The notes under the pieces are model-generated. The model searched no databases. It saw only the letters and a list, made by a program, of their open reading frames with translations, and was not told where the DNA came from. The position numbers and the translations under genes were made by a program. Of a stretch of 64,000 bases of DNA, positions 62,246-64,000 are shown piece after piece. The number at the start of each line of letters is the position of its first letter. Position 1 is the stretch's first letter. This stretch comes from Hemiscyllium ocellatum (lineage: Eukaryota), in the NCBI RefSeq assembly GCF_020745735.1, contig NC_083422.1, positions 47,244,001-47,308,000 of the forward strand. Reading direction: 5' to 3'.

Positions 62246-62797
62246 ATGGATAAATTCCGGATGGTTTTCCAGTTCCTGCAGTCTAACCAAGAGTCCTTCC
62301 TGAATGGCTTGTGTGGGATTCTCGCCCTGGCCAGTGCTCAGATTTATTCCGCCTTTGACTTTAACTGTCCGTGCCTACCCGGCTATAACCTGCTGTACGG
62401 CCTGGGTCTGATGTCGGTGCCGCCTGTGGTGCTCTTCTTGCTGGGCTTCGTGTTAAACAACAACGTGTCGGTGCTGGCGGAGGAGTGCAGGAGGCCGGAG
62501 GGACTGCGGGCCAAGGAGCCGGGGGTTCTCCGCTACATGCTGTGCTCAATGGCCCAGAGAGCGCTCATTGCTCCCCTCATCTGGCTCAGTGTCACCCTCC
62601 TGGACGGAAAGTGCTTCATCTGCGCCTTCAGTGAGAGCCTGGAGCCTCGGAGGCTGGGGCTCAACCTGTCCGGAGCTCTCCCGGCTCAGCCCCAGCTCCG
62701 CCGCCTCCTCGCCACCGTACCCTGCCCTGACATGTTCCCCCAGCAAACTGCCCTGTCCCGGGAGGGAGCAACCCGCTACCTGCGCTGCCTGTCCCAG
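62246..62797 (+). CDS. CALHM1: Calcium homeostasis modulator 1, coding exon 1 (184 codons); the remainder lies beyond the window
   Basis: [59 protein letters not shown] and RYLRCLSQ. Donor CAG|GTGAGA. Confidence 0.96.
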
Positions 62798-62859
62798 GTG
62801 AGATTAGATTCAGAATAAAGGTGCAAATCACTCCGGGTCCACTGTGGACATTGTGGAGA

Positions 62860-63685
62860 GAGGTTAACTCTTGTACAGAGAAATTTACTCTGTACCTAAC
62901 TCTGTAGAGAGGAATCTTTACTCTGGACTAACCTTTTAGAGAGAGATTTATTCAGTACCTAACTCTGTAGAGAGGGATCTTTACTCTGTAATAGCCCTGT
63001 AGAGAGAGATTTATTCTGTACGTAACTCTGTAGAGAGGGATCTTTACTCTGGACTAACCTTTTAGAGAGAGATTTATTCAGTACCTAACTCTGTAGAGAG
63101 GGATCTTTACTCTGGACTAACCTTTTAGAGAGAGATTTATTCAGTACCTAACTCTGTAGAGAGGGATCTTTACTCTGGACTAACCTTTTAGAGAGAGATT
63201 TATTCAGTACCTAACTCTGTAGAGAGGAATCTTTACTCTGGACTAACCTTTTAGAGAGAGATTTATTCAGTACCTAACTCTGTTGAGAGGGATCTTTACT
63301 CTGTAATAGCCCTGTAGAGAGAGATTTATTCTGTACCTAACTCTGTAGAGAGGGATCTTTACTCTGGACTAACCTTTTAGAGAGAGATTTATTCTGTACC
63401 TAACTCTGTTGAGAGGGAGCGTTACTCTGTAATAGCCCTGTAGAGAGAGATTTATTCTGTACGTAACTCTGTAGAGAGGGATCTTTACTCTGGACTAACC
63501 TTTTAGAGAGAGATTTATTCTGTACCTAACTCTGTTGAGAGGGAGTTTTACTCTGTAATAGCCCTGTAGAGAGATTTATTCTGTACGTAACTCTGTAGAG
63601 AGGGAGCCTTACTCTGTAATAGCCCTGTAGAGAGAGATTTATTCTGTACCTAACCGTTTACAGAGAGAGCTATATTATGTACCTA
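62860..63685. repeat. 63-bp dimeric satellite in CALHM1 intron 1
   Basis: GTAC(C/G)TAACTCTGTAGAGAG recurs at 62892, 62955 and 63018. Confidence 0.93.
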
Positions 63686-63689
63686 ATTA

Positions 63690-64000
63690 CGTGTTGTTCA
63701 TGTCCTCGGAGTGTTTAATGGGGACAGTGTAGAGCGAGCTTTACTGTGTATGTAATCCTGTACAGAGGAAGTTTTACCCTGTACTCACCCAGTGTTGTCC
63801 GTGTCCTGGGAGTGTTTGATGGGGACAGTGTCGAGGAAACTTTACTTGGTATTTAATCCTATACTGTGCCTGTCCTGGGAATGTTTGATGGGAACATTGT
63901 AAAGGGAACTTTATATTTAATCCCGTGTTGTCCCTGACCTGGGAGTATTTGATGGGGACAATGTAGAGGGAGCCTGTCTCTGTATCTAACCCCAAGCTGC
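63690..64000. repeat. ~70-bp tandem repeat
   Basis: Recurring GTCCTGGGAGTGTTTGATGGGGACAGTGTAGAGGGAGCTTTAC. Confidence 0.85.

Overview
Vertebrate genomic DNA, almost certainly from a shark or other elasmobranch, judged by HE1-type V-SINEs, SacSINE1-like DeuSINE remnants, CR1 LINEs and Penelope-like elements. I reconstructed three + strand genes by hand from splice sites. (1) A complete 10-coding-exon gamma-glutamyl hydrolase (GGH)-like gene spans 11945-37969 (897 nt, 298 aa) and is largely missed by the ORF track. Its Cys-His-Glu triad is intact, but the best model has no signal peptide and no N-glycosylation sequon, unlike lysosomal/secreted GGH. (2) A complete two-coding-exon CALHM3 spans 41640-49777 (337 aa), with a perfect octamer motif about 240 bp upstream of the ATG. 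(3) Coding exon 1 of CALHM1 lies at 62246-62797 and the gene continues beyond the window. Most of the rest is repeat-derived: CR1, L2, Rex-Babar and Gypsy fragments, solo-LTR-like inserts, three SINE families and more than ten minisatellites, one apparently born inside a DeuSINE. Neptune- and Poseidon-type Penelope-like elements carry minimal hammerhead ribozyme motifs at their termini. Many occur as short, often palindromic, non-coding units with 9-15 bp target-site duplications (TSDs). There are two assembly gaps. Repeat boundaries are approximate, and family names and human reference residues come from recalled consensus features, not database searches.
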